Shown: positions 35,464 through 47,417 of the stretch, in pieces
How the letters are laid out: the number at the start of each line of letters is the position of its first letter
Position numbering within the stretch: position 1 is the first letter of the stretch
DNA from: Opitutaceae bacterium
GTDB lineage: Bacteria; Verrucomicrobiota; Verrucomicrobiia; Opitutales; Opitutaceae
Length of the DNA: 58,331 nt
Direction: 5' to 3'
NCBI GenBank assembly: GCA_035502155.1
Contig: DATJUU010000118.1
Location: 1 to 58,331, forward strand
Notes under the pieces: model-generated
Told to the model about the DNA's origin: nothing
Databases searched by the model: none
Seen by the model: the letters and a program-made list of their open reading frames with translations, nothing else
Position numbers and translations under genes: made by a program

Positions 35464-36081
35464 TCACGTCGCCGGAGTCGGGGCGTGGCCGCGGCTGGGG
35501 ACATGCACCACCTGCATGCCCGCGGCCCGCGCGCCGATGATCCCGGGCTCCGCGTCCTCGAACACCAGGCAGCGCGCCGGCGGCACCCCCATGTGCCGTG
35601 CCGCGACCAGAAACATGTCCGGCGCCGGCTTGCCGCGGCCCTGGGGCACGTCCGCCGGAGTGATCACGAGGGTGAAGAGCCGGTCGAGTCCCGTCAGCGT
35701 GAGCGAGGCGTGCGCCACATGCGGCATGCCGCCGGTCACGACGGCCACCGGACGGGTGGCCGCCACGCGGCGGGCGAACGCCACCACCGGCTCGATCAGC
35801 TTCGCCCCCCGCAGCCGCGCCACATAGAGCTCCTCCTTCACGTGCTCGACGCGCGCGGCGTCGAGCGGCACTCCGTAGTGCTCGCCGATGCGCCGGGCCA
35901 CCAGCAGCGTCGGCACGCCGCCGAGCGAGTAGAAGAAATCCTCCTCCAGGTCGCGGCCCAGCCCGCACTGGCGCAGCGCGTCGCGCCAGGCCGTGAAGTG
36001 CAGCGGCATGGTGTCGACCAGCGTGCCGTCGAGGTCGAAGATGTACCCGGCGAAGTCGCCCGCGGGAATGTCGAGCTTCAT
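35464..36081 (-). CDS. HAD-superfamily hydrolase (beta-phosphoglucomutase-like subfamily IA)
   Basis: ATG at 36081. Motif I FDLDGTLVDT, then VVTGG..., and motif IV VFEDAEPGIIGARAAGM. Confidence 0.8.
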   Translation of the reverse strand: MKLDIPAGDFAGYIFDLDGTLVDTMPLHFTAWRDALRQCGLGRDLEEDFFYSLGGVPTLLVARRIGEHYGVPLDAARVEHVKEELYVARLRGAKLIEPVVAFARRVAATRPVAVVTGGMPHVAHASLTLTGLDRLFTLVITPADVPQGRGKPAPDMFLVAARHMGVPPARCLVFEDAEPGIIGARAAGMQVVHVPSRGHAPTPAT

Positions 36082-36151
36082 GGAGCCGCGCAACAGAGCA
36101 GACCCGGCGCGGCCTGGCAAACGAAAGCGGCGCTTTCCGCGCCCGGCCCGG

Positions 36152-37225
36152 TCAGGGCGCCGGCTGGAACCGCGTCGTCCGCCAGCGCAGGGCCACGGTC
36201 ACGAGGCCGATCAGCGCCGGCACCTCCACCAGCGGCCCGACGACGGCCGCGAACGCCGCCCCCGAATGGATCCCGAACACGCCCACCGCCACGGCGATCG
36301 CCAGCTCGAAATTGTTGCCGGAGGCCGTGAAGGCGAGCGTCGCCGAGCGCGGGTAGTCCGCGCCGGCCCGCACGCTCATCGCGAAGGTCAACGCGAACAT
36401 CATGCCGAAATAGACCAGCAGCGGCGCCGCCACACGCAGGACATCCAGCGGAATCCGCAGGACCATGTCGCCCTTGAGGCTGAACATGACGAAGATCGTG
36501 AAGAGCAGCGCCGTCAGGGTCAGCGGGCTGATCAGCGGCAGGAACCTGCCGTCATACCAGGCCGTGCCCGCCGGGCCCCGCCGCAGCACCCGCCGCCCGG
36601 CCCAGCCCGCCAGGAACGGGATGCCGAGGTAGATGAAGACGCTCCGGGCGATGGCGCCCATGGTGACGCTGGACAGGTCCAGGGTCCCGAGCTGGATGCC
36701 CAGCGCCGGGGGCAGGATCTTGAGGAAAAACCAGGCCAGCGGCGCGTAGCAGAAGACCTGGAAGAGGGCGTTGAACGCCACCAGGCCGGCGCAGTATTCG
36801 CGGCTGCCCTGCGCGAGGTCGTTCCAGACGATCACCATCGCGATGCACCGGGCCAGACCGATGAGCACCAGGCCCGCGAAGTAATCCGGATGGCCGCGCA
36901 GGAATAGCACCGCGAGCGCAAACATCAGCACGGGCCCGACGAGCCAGTTCTGCACCAGCGACAGGGCGAGCACCCGCCGGTCGCGAAAGACGTCACCCAA
37001 CTCCTCGTAGTGCACCTTGGCCAGCGGCGGGTACATCATCAGGATCAGCCCGATCGCGATCGGCACCGAGGTCGTGCCGACGCTCCACGCGGTCAGCAGC
37101 GCCGGAATCCGCGGCACGAACCGGCCGGCCAGCAGGCCGGCGGCCATCGCCAGGAAGATCCAGAGCGTCAGATACCGGTCCAGAAACGAGAGCCGGCCGA
37201 GCAGGGGGTGGCGGTCGGGGTTCAT
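36152..37225 (-). CDS. acr3: Arsenite efflux permease, ACR3 family
   Basis: Start re-set to the ATG at 37225 ([27 protein letters not shown]). ACR3 motifs: [18 protein letters not shown] and LARCIAMV. The 4-nt ATGA overlap with arsC supports this start. Confidence 0.9.
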   Translation of the reverse strand: MNPDRHPLLGRLSFLDRYLTLWIFLAMAAGLLAGRFVPRIPALLTAWSVGTTSVPIAIGLILMMYPPLAKVHYEELGDVFRDRRVLALSLVQNWLVGPVLMFALAVLFLRGHPDYFAGLVLIGLARCIAMVIVWNDLAQGSREYCAGLVAFNALFQVFCYAPLAWFFLKILPPALGIQLGTLDLSSVTMGAIARSVFIYLGIPFLAGWAGRRVLRRGPAGTAWYDGRFLPLISPLTLTALLFTIFVMFSLKGDMVLRIPLDVLRVAAPLLVYFGMMFALTFAMSVRAGADYPRSATLAFTASGNNFELAIAVAVGVFGIHSGAAFAAVVGPLVEVPALIGLVTVALRWRTTRFQPAP

Positions 37226-37740
37226 CGCCGCGCCCCGGTCCCCTCCCCGGATGGGCCGGCGTGGGCAATCGCGTTGAGATCCGTGACCCGGAACGCCGCC
37301 AGCTGCCGGTCGGAGAAGGCGCAGAACAACTCGACGCGCCGGGCGATCTCCGAGGCGACCGTGACGAAGGCGCGATATCTGACCTCCTCCGATCCCGTCA
37401 CCGCCGCCGGATCGGGCGAGCCCCAGTGCCCGACGACCGGCTGACCCGGCCAGACGGGGCAGGACTCCCGCGCCCGGTCGCACACCGTGATGACGAAATC
37501 GAACTTCACGTCCCGGAACTCGTCCCACGCCTTCGACCGGGCGTCGCCGGCGTCGATGCCGTAGCGCTCCGAGAGCACGCGCAGCGCCAGCGGGTTCACG
37601 CGCCCCGTGGGATGCGCGCCGGCGCTGAAGACCTCGAACCGCCCGCGGCCCCGCGTCCGCAGCAGATACTCGCCCATGATCGAACGGGCCGAGTTGCCCG
37701 TGCAAAGGATCAACACTTTGAAGGGAGGTCGGGAGTTCAT
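37222..37740 (-). CDS. arsC: Arsenate reductase, LMW-PTPase/thioredoxin-coupled type
   Basis: ATG at 37740. P-loop LCTGNSARS. Cys pair in [10 protein letters not shown]. Confidence 0.9.
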   Translation of the reverse strand: MNSRPPFKVLILCTGNSARSIMGEYLLRTRGRGRFEVFSAGAHPTGRVNPLALRVLSERYGIDAGDARSKAWDEFRDVKFDFVITVCDRARESCPVWPGQPVVGHWGSPDPAAVTGSEEVRYRAFVTVASEIARRVELFCAFSDRQLAAFRVTDLNAIAHAGPSGEGTGARR

Positions 37741-38201
37741 GGAAGAGTCGGCCGGGACCGGTGCGCCCGCCGCGGCCCGGGGGCGGGCCGCCCGCACGCG
37801 CACGGCCCCGCCGGCGGCAGCGCGGGCGCGAGCCGCGCCAGCCGGAGCCGGTCGCGCCGAAAAACCGGTTGCTCGGCCGCACAGTCCTGCAGGCAGGCCA
37901 GATTGGCGGCGAGTTCGCGGGGGCGGCGGCGCGGCAGGGCATAGATCATCCAGTTGCCCCGGCGGGTGGCGGTCACGAACCCCCGGGCCCGCAGATAGGC
38001 CAGATGCTTGGAAACCTTCACCTGCGGTTCGCGCAACACCGCCTGGAAATGGCAGACGCACAGGGGCCCCTGCAGCAGCATGTTCAGGATGCGCAGCCGG
38101 GTGCCGTCGCACAGGCATTCGTAGATGCGGATCAACTCCACCGGCAAACAATATGCCTGCGCCGGAATATAGATCAAGTCCGGAGCAACCCCGTCACCCA
38201 A
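37737..38201 (-). CDS. arsR: ArsR/SmtB-family metalloregulator
   Basis: [23 protein letters not shown] (CVC As(III) site) followed by a wHTH. The ORF begins at TTG (38201) and there is no upstream in-frame ATG. A GTG at the VELIRIY position is an alternative start, so the 5' end is uncertain. Confidence 0.8.
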   Translation of the reverse strand: MGDGVAPDLIYIPAQAYCLPVELIRIYECLCDGTRLRILNMLLQGPLCVCHFQAVLREPQVKVSKHLAYLRARGFVTATRRGNWMIYALPRRRPRELAANLACLQDCAAEQPVFRRDRLRLARLAPALPPAGPCACGRPAPGPRRAHRSRPTLP

Positions 38202-38392
38202 TCGTCACGCCCGGCGGTGTCACGGACAGCAGAGCAGCTGCCGCGCGGCCAGCAGGCAGTCGAAGCCGGCGATGTCGTCCGCCGAATAGCCCAGCTTCTC
38301 GGCGTAGGTGGTGGCGGCCCCGCCGGGCCCACCGGGCGGCGCGGACGGACGGGAGGTGCCCGGCTTTTCGCCGCGCGCCCCGGGGGCGACGC

Positions 38393-39916
38393 TCAGCGCC
38401 GCATGCCGCGGTGGAGGCGGCTCGCCGGCTTGCTCACGTCCTCCAGGGCCGTCGCCCGCTCGTCGAACAAGGCCGAATAGACGTACGGAAAATCGTCGAG
38501 GCGCTTCCACTCGATCGCGCGGCCGATGAAGCGCTCGATGCTCCGGGCATCGCGCATGGTCTCCTCCGTCACCAGGGTGAAGGCGTCGCCGGTGTGGTGG
38601 GCGCGGCCCGTGCGGCCGATCCGGTGCACGTAATCCTCCGGGTTCTCCGGCACGTCGTAGTTGACCACGTGGCTGATCCCCGCGATGTCGAGCCCGCGGG
38701 CGGCGACGTCGGTGGCGACCAGCACCTCGTAGCGTCCGTCCTTGAAGCCGGCGAGCGCCTCCTGGCGTTCCTGCTGGCTGCGATCCGCATGCATCACCGC
38801 GACCAGGTGCTTGTGCGACTTCAGCCAGGCCGCGACGCGGTCGGCGCCGATCTTGGTGCGGCAGAACACGAGGACGCTCTTGTACTCGGTCCGCGCGAGG
38901 AGGGTGCGGAGCAGGTCGAATTTCTGCGACCCGACCACGGGGTAGAACGCGTGCGCCACGGTCTCCGCCGGCGCCTGGCGCCGGCCGATGGACACCGTGA
39001 CGGGGTTGCGCAGCGCCCAGCCGGCGAGCGACTCGATCTCCGGCGGCAGCGTGGCGGTGAAGAACAGCGTCTGCCGGTCGCGGGGGCACTGGGCCACGAT
39101 GCGCTTCACGTCCGGCAGGAAGCCCATGTCGAGCATCCGGTCGACCTCGTCGAGGACGAGGATGGTGACGCCGCGCAGGGTCAGCGTGCGCTGCTCGAGG
39201 TGGTCGAGCAGCCGGCCGGGCGTGGCGACGACGACGTCGACGCCGCGCTTGAGGTCGTCGCGCTGGCGGCCGTAGCCGACGCCGCCGTAGACGACGGTGG
39301 CGCGCAGGTTCGTGAACTTGCCGTAGTCCTTGAACGCCTGCTCGACCTGCAGTGCAAGTTCGCGCGTCGGCTCCAGGATGAGGCAGCGCAGGTTGCCGTG
39401 CTGGCCGAGGAGCTGGAGGATCGGCAGGGCGAAGGCGGCGGTCTTGCCTGTGCCGGTCTGGGCCGAGCCGATGACGTCGCGACCGGTGAGCACGAGCGGA
39501 ATGGCCTGCTCCTGCACCGGGGTGGGCTCGGTATAGCCCATCTCCTGCACGGCGTAAGCGTAGGCGTCCGCGAGCCCAAGGCGGCTGAAAACGGTGTCCA
39601 TCTTCGGCACCGCGGGGGGAGGCGGGGCCGACGCCACGGGCCGGGGCGCGGGCCGCGGTTCGGGCTTCAGCTCGGCGCGCGGCGGCGCCGGCCTCGCGGA
39701 CTGGGCGGCGGGCGGACGGTGGTGGTGGTGGCCGCGACCGCGATCACGTTCTCGATCACGATCTCCCTCGGGCCTGGACCCGGGCCTCGGCTTGTGGCCC
39801 GCGGGCTGGCCGTGGCCGGCGGGTCGGTGGGACGATTTGGGCGAGGGTTTGGGAGGGGCACCGGCCGGCGGAGGGGTGAAACTCTTCCGGATCGATGCAA
39901 TGAGCTTGCGCAGCAT
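38393..39916 (-). CDS. rhlE: DEAD-box ATP-dependent RNA helicase (RhlE-like) with N-terminal Arg/Pro/Gly-rich extension
   Basis: ATG at 39916. Q-motif region GYTEPTPVQ, motif I AQTGTGKT, motif II VLDEVD, motif III TAT and motif VI HRIGRTGR. Confidence 0.9.
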   Translation of the reverse strand: MLRKLIASIRKSFTPPPAGAPPKPSPKSSHRPAGHGQPAGHKPRPGSRPEGDRDRERDRGRGHHHHRPPAAQSARPAPPRAELKPEPRPAPRPVASAPPPPAVPKMDTVFSRLGLADAYAYAVQEMGYTEPTPVQEQAIPLVLTGRDVIGSAQTGTGKTAAFALPILQLLGQHGNLRCLILEPTRELALQVEQAFKDYGKFTNLRATVVYGGVGYGRQRDDLKRGVDVVVATPGRLLDHLEQRTLTLRGVTILVLDEVDRMLDMGFLPDVKRIVAQCPRDRQTLFFTATLPPEIESLAGWALRNPVTVSIGRRQAPAETVAHAFYPVVGSQKFDLLRTLLARTEYKSVLVFCRTKIGADRVAAWLKSHKHLVAVMHADRSQQERQEALAGFKDGRYEVLVATDVAARGLDIAGISHVVNYDVPENPEDYVHRIGRTGRAHHTGDAFTLVTEETMRDARSIERFIGRAIEWKRLDDFPYVYSALFDERATALEDVSKPASRLHRGMRR

Positions 39917-39992
39917 GTCAGTTAAAAGCCTGACAGCTTCCGGCTTTCGGCGGGATTGGCAACCATGGAAACCGGTTCCCGGGCCGCCGGAC

Positions 39993-40664
39993 TCATTTGC
40001 GGGTGGTGACGGCGCGCCGCCGGCCGGGGAAGAGCGTGCGGCAAAGCTCGCACCGCGTGCCGTCGCAACCCCGTGCGGTGCAGTGCTCGCGGCCGTAGAA
40101 GATCATGCGCAGGTGGAGGCGGTTCCAGTGGGCGCGCGGGAAGAGGCCCTTCAGGTCCCGTTCGGTCTGCTCCACGCTGCGCCCGTCCGTCAGGCGCCAG
40201 CGCTGGGCCAGGCGGTGGATGTGGGTGTCGACCGGAAACGCCGGTTCGCCGAAGGCCTGCGCCATGACCACCGACGCCGTCTTGTGGCCCACGCCCGGCA
40301 GCGCCTCGAGTTCGGCGTAGGTGCGCGGCACCCGGCCGCCGTGCCGCCCGATTATTTCCCGCGAGAGGCCGGCAATGGCCCGGGCCTTCTGCGGTGCCAG
40401 CCCGCAGGGACGGATGATCGCCTCGATCGTCGCCACCGGCACCCGGCTCATGGCCTCCGGCGTGGCTGCCACCGCCCACAGCCGCGGCGTGACCCGGTTC
40501 ACCCGCGCGTCCGTGCACTGCGCCGACAGCAGCACGGCGACGAGCAGGGTGAAGGGATCCTCGTGCCGTAGCGGCACCGGCGTCTCCGGGTAGAGTTCCG
40601 CCAGCCGCCGGTCGAGGTAGGCGGCGCGGGCGGCCCGGGTGCCGAAGGGGTTCGTGCGGGTCAT
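39993..40664 (-). CDS. nth: Endonuclease III
   Basis: Start re-set to the ATG at 40664 (MTRTNPFG...). HhH-GPD motif LPGVGHKTASVV...VDTHI. [4Fe-4S] cluster loop CTARGCDGTRCELC. Confidence 0.88.
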   Translation of the reverse strand: MTRTNPFGTRAARAAYLDRRLAELYPETPVPLRHEDPFTLLVAVLLSAQCTDARVNRVTPRLWAVAATPEAMSRVPVATIEAIIRPCGLAPQKARAIAGLSREIIGRHGGRVPRTYAELEALPGVGHKTASVVMAQAFGEPAFPVDTHIHRLAQRWRLTDGRSVEQTERDLKGLFPRAHWNRLHLRMIFYGREHCTARGCDGTRCELCRTLFPGRRRAVTTRK

Positions 40665-40777
40665 GAGCGGGTCTCCGGCCGCAAATTGGCCCGCGCCGCG
40701 CGAGCCCGCAAGCCGCCGGTGGCCCCGCCCCAAATGCAGTTGCGCGCCCACCGGCCCCGCCTACCGTCCGCACAGGT

Positions 40778-43654
<2,877 letters not shown>

Positions 43655-43708
43655 AAGCCGCAGGCCGCAGGCTTATGCCGCGCCCGCGGGGCCGGCCTGA
43701 AGTCCGCG

Positions 43709-43984
43709 TCAGCCGCCGGAGACGGCCTGAAGGACGAACAGCTGGTCGCCGGCCTGAAGCGGCACGGCGGGATCCGGGATCGCGGCCAGGTTGCGCTCGT
43801 TGTAGAAGATCAGGACGTGGCGGCGCAGGCGCATGGCCTCGTCGTAGAGGTGTGGCCGCAGCCGCGGGTGCTCCTCCAGCATCCGCTGCAGCGCCCCGGC
43901 CAGCGTGTCCGCCTGGAGCGTGAACCGCCGCCGGCCGCCGGCGCAGTCGGCGAGCAGGCTCGGGATCGTCACCTGAATCTGCAT
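43709..43984 (-). CDS. MoaD/ThiS-family ubiquitin-like sulfur-carrier protein
   Basis: ATG at 43984, 91 aa, ends in ...LQAVSGG (C-terminal Gly-Gly). Beta-grasp-like pattern. Confidence 0.7.
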   Translation of the reverse strand: MQIQVTIPSLLADCAGGRRRFTLQADTLAGALQRMLEEHPRLRPHLYDEAMRLRRHVLIFYNERNLAAIPDPAVPLQAGDQLFVLQAVSGG

Positions 43985-43999
43985 TTGGATCTACTTGAA

Positions 44000-44112
44000 C
44001 AGGAGCAAACGGAGGTAACGGAGAAATGGAGGGCTTCACTTACGCTGCCGTCGGCCTCTGAATACAGATTTCAGCAATCTCCCGGCTGCTCCGTTCCCTC
44101 CGTTTCCTCCTG
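44000..44112. repeat. 113-bp intergenic inverted-repeat element (24-nt arms, 65-nt spacer)
   Basis: CAGGAGCAAACGGAGGTAACGGAG (44000-44023) versus CTCCGTTCCCTCCGTTTCCTCCTG (44089-44112), 22/24 complementary. The arms are built from reiterated AACGGAG units. The local GC is visibly lower than the surroundings. Confidence 0.75.
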
Positions 44113-44125
44113 TGAAAACAATCCG

Positions 44126-45223
44126 CTACACCAGCCAGGTCTTGACGGTCGTGATGCGCGGGAGCTGGCCGGGCAGCTGGGTCCAGGACCCGCCGTTGTC
44201 GGCGGAGGCGAACACCTCGCCCATCGTGGTGCCGAAATAGACCCCCGCCGGGTCCAGGGCGTCGACGGCCATGGCGTCGCGCAGGACGCCGACAAAGCGC
44301 GGCTCGGTCGGCAGGCCCCTGGCCAGCGCCTTCCAGGTCCGGCCGCGGTCCCGCGAGCGGTAGACCTTGAGCACGCCCTTCGGCACGAAGCGCTGCTCAT
44401 CGCTCTGCAGCGGCACGAGGAACAGGTCGCCGCCGGCCGTGACGACCATCGGGAAGCCGAAATCGCTCGGCAGCCCCTGCGCAATGGGCGTCCACGACTC
44501 CGCGCCGTCCTCGGACTTGAACACACCGCCGTGGAACTGCTGGTAGAGCACGCCGGGGCGCGCGGGATCGAGCACCATCTTGTGTACGCAGCGGCCGACC
44601 TCGGTCTCGACCGGCTGGCCCGTCGGCACGGTGGGCAGGCCGCGGTTGCAGACCTTCCACGTGGCGCCGGCATCGTCGCTGCGAAACACGCCGATGGCGG
44701 AGGCCGCCGCCCAGATGCGGCGGGGATTCGCCGGGTCGACCAGGATGGTGTGCAGGCACATGCCGCCGTTGCCGGGCGCCCACTGGCTGCGGGTCGGATG
44801 GCGGGTGAAGCCGTCGAGTTCGGTCCACGTGCGGCCGTCGTCGCGGCTGACGAACAGCCCGGCCTCCTCCACCCCGGCGTACCAGGTGCCGGGCTGCGCG
44901 GCGGGCCCCGGCACGATCTGCCAGATGCGGTTGAGCTTGAAGCCCGACTCCGCGGCGTACGCGGGGCTGCGCTCGACCTCCTTCCAGGTCCTGCCGCGGT
45001 CGCGCGACACCCGGATGGTCGGGCCGTAGACGTAGCTGCAGGTGCCGGCGAACACGCGGCCGTCGTTCGGGTCGCCGCAGAGGCTGTAAACCTCCCAGCC
45101 CCCGAGATGCGGGCCGGTCAGTTTCCACTGCCGGCGATCGCGGTTGGCGTGGTAGAAGAATGCGCCCTTGACGGTGCCCACCAGGACCACGACCTGGCGG
45201 GCGGAGCGGCGGGGGGTGGCCAT
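44126..45223 (-). CDS. BNR/Asp-box repeat beta-propeller protein (sialidase-fold, function unknown)
   Basis: Start re-set to the ATG at 45223. Six Asp-box-like motifs: SRDRGRTW, SRDDGRTW, SDDAGATW, SEDGAESW, SRDRGRTW and SADNGGSW. Confidence 0.75.
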   Translation of the reverse strand: MATPRRSARQVVVLVGTVKGAFFYHANRDRRQWKLTGPHLGGWEVYSLCGDPNDGRVFAGTCSYVYGPTIRVSRDRGRTWKEVERSPAYAAESGFKLNRIWQIVPGPAAQPGTWYAGVEEAGLFVSRDDGRTWTELDGFTRHPTRSQWAPGNGGMCLHTILVDPANPRRIWAAASAIGVFRSDDAGATWKVCNRGLPTVPTGQPVETEVGRCVHKMVLDPARPGVLYQQFHGGVFKSEDGAESWTPIAQGLPSDFGFPMVVTAGGDLFLVPLQSDEQRFVPKGVLKVYRSRDRGRTWKALARGLPTEPRFVGVLRDAMAVDALDPAGVYFGTTMGEVFASADNGGSWTQLPGQLPRITTVKTWLV

Positions 45224-45419
45224 GCGCCCGAATATACCCACGGGCGCCGCTCCCGCCACGGGGCCTCACTTTTTTCCGACGGTGCGGGCGCCGCTGCCGG
45301 GGTCCCGCCCGCCGGCTCATAGCCCTCGGCCGAGGCCGGACCGATCTCGCCCCTGCCCAGCGGCACCAGCGTCTCGGCGATTTGCTGGGGCAAGCCGGTC
45401 TCCCGACCGAAGAACGGCG

Positions 45420-46937
45420 TCACGGCGCCCCAGGGCTCGCGACGGCCGGCGCCGCGGGCCGCACCGCCAGCTGGATCGCCGCGGAGGTGGCCCGGCCCAC
45501 CGCGTTGGTGGCCACAAAAGTGTAACTGCCGGCATCGCCGGCCTGCACATTCGTGATCGCCAGCGTGGTGTTGGTCGCGCCAGAAATGTTGCCTGCGTTC
45601 ACCAGATTGACGCCGTTCTTGCGCCACTGGCAGGCTGGGACGGGATTGCCGGCGGCGCTGGCCGAAAACGTCACGGAGTCGCCGGACTGGGCGGTGACGC
45701 CATCCGGAGCGAGAACGATGGCCGGCACCTGGGGCGGCCCGGCGCGAACGAAAACCCGCCGTGGCATGGTGGTGTGCCGCGAGCCGTCGGCGAAGGTGAC
45801 CAGCGCATGATAGACCGAGTAGCCCGGCGCGGTTGGCGTCGTAGTCACCGCCAGGTTGTCTCCATCCACGGGCCGGACGCGTTTCAGCAGCACGTCGCCC
45901 TCGTAGAACTCCACGGACGTCCACGGCGCGACGGGCTGGCCAATGGTGTAGGTGACGCTCGTTCCCCAGTCGACGGGGCCGGTGCCCGGGCCAATCGTGG
46001 CGGTGGGCGTGGCCTTGTGGTAACTCGCAAACGCCCGGAAAATATAGGCGAGCCGGCGGTTCGGCAACCAGCCCGCGCGCGATCGATCCTTCGGGTAAAC
46101 GGCGTACGGAGCGATGTCGGCGAATCCCGCCCGGTAGGAATCCGGATCGGTCAGCCAGCCCTCCGCCGGGTTCAGCGCGCCCAGAGGCACCAGCCCGGCC
46201 ACCGGCGACGCTCCCACCGGGTAGCGCGCGCGAAACATCGCCTCCAGGTACGGATAGAAGAACTCGCGCGCATTGCCGGTATTGTGGGCCACGCCTTCCT
46301 CCTCCATCGCCACCCACAAGGCACCGCGCAGACGATTGCCCGTGAACAAATCCTGGATGACCGCGTGATGACCCCCGTCGTCGCGCTCCCCTGCGATGAG
46401 GACTCCCGGGGTGGCCAATGCCTCCACCGCCGGCCGCAGATGACTGTAGTAGCCGCCCTTGTTGGTCATGAAGGCGATGACCTTGGCCGGACGCTGCGCG
46501 TTCAGCTCGTAGGCCATGTTGCCGCCGTTCGACATGCCCGACGGCAGCCAAGGGGCATTGAAGATCTCCGGGTGTCCGCTCTCCCGGCCCAGCTGCTGCA
46601 GCCCAAATTTGAAGGCGGGCAGTTCCATGGGCGTATCGATGGTGGAAAAATAGCCCCAGTATGCGGTGCCCATCACCGCGCATTCCAGCGAGGTGGCCAA
46701 TGCGACCAGCTCCGGATCGGTCGCCGCGTCGCGGGCATCCAGATTGGCGCCGTTGCCGTAAATGATGATCCCCCGCACCACCGGCACGGAATCGGGGATG
46801 TTCAACCGCAGCGAGCGATTCCCGGCATCGCCGAGCGAAAAATCGTAGACTGCCGCGCGGATGAATGGAACGAAGCAGACGAGCGCCGCACACCCGAGTT
46901 GGCACAGGAGCATGTTCTTTGCGCCGGTGAAGTTCAT
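45420..46937 (-). CDS. Secreted esterase-like protein with C-terminal immunoglobulin (I-set-like) domain
   Basis: The track ORF starts at TTG; I prefer the ATG at 46937 (MNFTGAKNMLLCQLGCAALVCFVPFIRAAV, a signal peptide). Candidate nucleophile elbow GMSNGG. C-terminal Ig pattern SVTFSASAAGNPVPACQWRKNGVNL...AGSYTFVATNAVG. Confidence 0.6.
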   Translation of the reverse strand: MNFTGAKNMLLCQLGCAALVCFVPFIRAAVYDFSLGDAGNRSLRLNIPDSVPVVRGIIIYGNGANLDARDAATDPELVALATSLECAVMGTAYWGYFSTIDTPMELPAFKFGLQQLGRESGHPEIFNAPWLPSGMSNGGNMAYELNAQRPAKVIAFMTNKGGYYSHLRPAVEALATPGVLIAGERDDGGHHAVIQDLFTGNRLRGALWVAMEEEGVAHNTGNAREFFYPYLEAMFRARYPVGASPVAGLVPLGALNPAEGWLTDPDSYRAGFADIAPYAVYPKDRSRAGWLPNRRLAYIFRAFASYHKATPTATIGPGTGPVDWGTSVTYTIGQPVAPWTSVEFYEGDVLLKRVRPVDGDNLAVTTTPTAPGYSVYHALVTFADGSRHTTMPRRVFVRAGPPQVPAIVLAPDGVTAQSGDSVTFSASAAGNPVPACQWRKNGVNLVNAGNISGATNTTLAITNVQAGDAGSYTFVATNAVGRATSAAIQLAVRPAAPAVASPGAP

Positions 46938-47417
46938 GGTCGGCCACTCTGCGCCCAACGGACCTCAGAACTCCCGGCTCAGGCCGAAGCCGGGCAGCCG
47001 GAGCAACAGCGTCAGCGGCAGTTGGGTCTCGATCAGCTGGCCGTTCACGAAGGTGGCTGACGGCGTGTCGTCGCCGTCCCCTTGATGATGGTTGTCGGCG
47101 TTGCCGATGTCCACCAAAGCCGGCAGCGGGCCGTGCTTGAGCCGATTCGTCCGGGGGGGCGCGCAGGTCATGCCGGTGATACGCGGGCGCGAACAGGCCG
47201 TTGTGCGGGCCGTTGATCCGGAAATCGGCAAGCGCGCCGCTGTTCCGGATGCTGGGATGGCAATCGATGTCCGCAATCGGACACCCGGTGTGGTCCTGCC
47301 ATGAAGCGCCCAGATGCCGGTGGGGCGCCGAGGATTCCCGCCCCACCTTTCGGCCCCGCGCCGGCCGGCTCCAACCTGCGGTTGATTTCCCGGGCAACCC
47401 GGCCGAATGTCCTCGCC

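Noticed and set aside
38220-38392. The tail of a minus-strand frame, reading ...TTYAEKLGYSADDIAGFDCLLAARQLLCCP between the helicase and arsR, vaguely recalls the Cys-rich N-terminal region of ArsM-type methyltransferases.
   Set aside because: There is no usable start codon, the similarity is only an impression over about 25 aa, and the frame is otherwise a GC artefact overlapping the helicase 3' end. A blastx search could revisit this.
40665-40777. Possible glycine riboswitch upstream of gcvP.
   Set aside because: I could not find the conserved glycine-aptamer elements (GGAGAG...CACCG...GGGGCAA-type cores, tandem aptamers) in the 113-nt leader. A covariance-model scan (Rfam RF00504) would be the decisive test.
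43655-43708. A weak hairpin (AAGCC...GGCTT) between convergent gcvP and the MoaD-like gene, as a possible bidirectional terminator.
   Set aside because: The stem is only 5 bp with a 10-nt loop and no flanking T/A runs.
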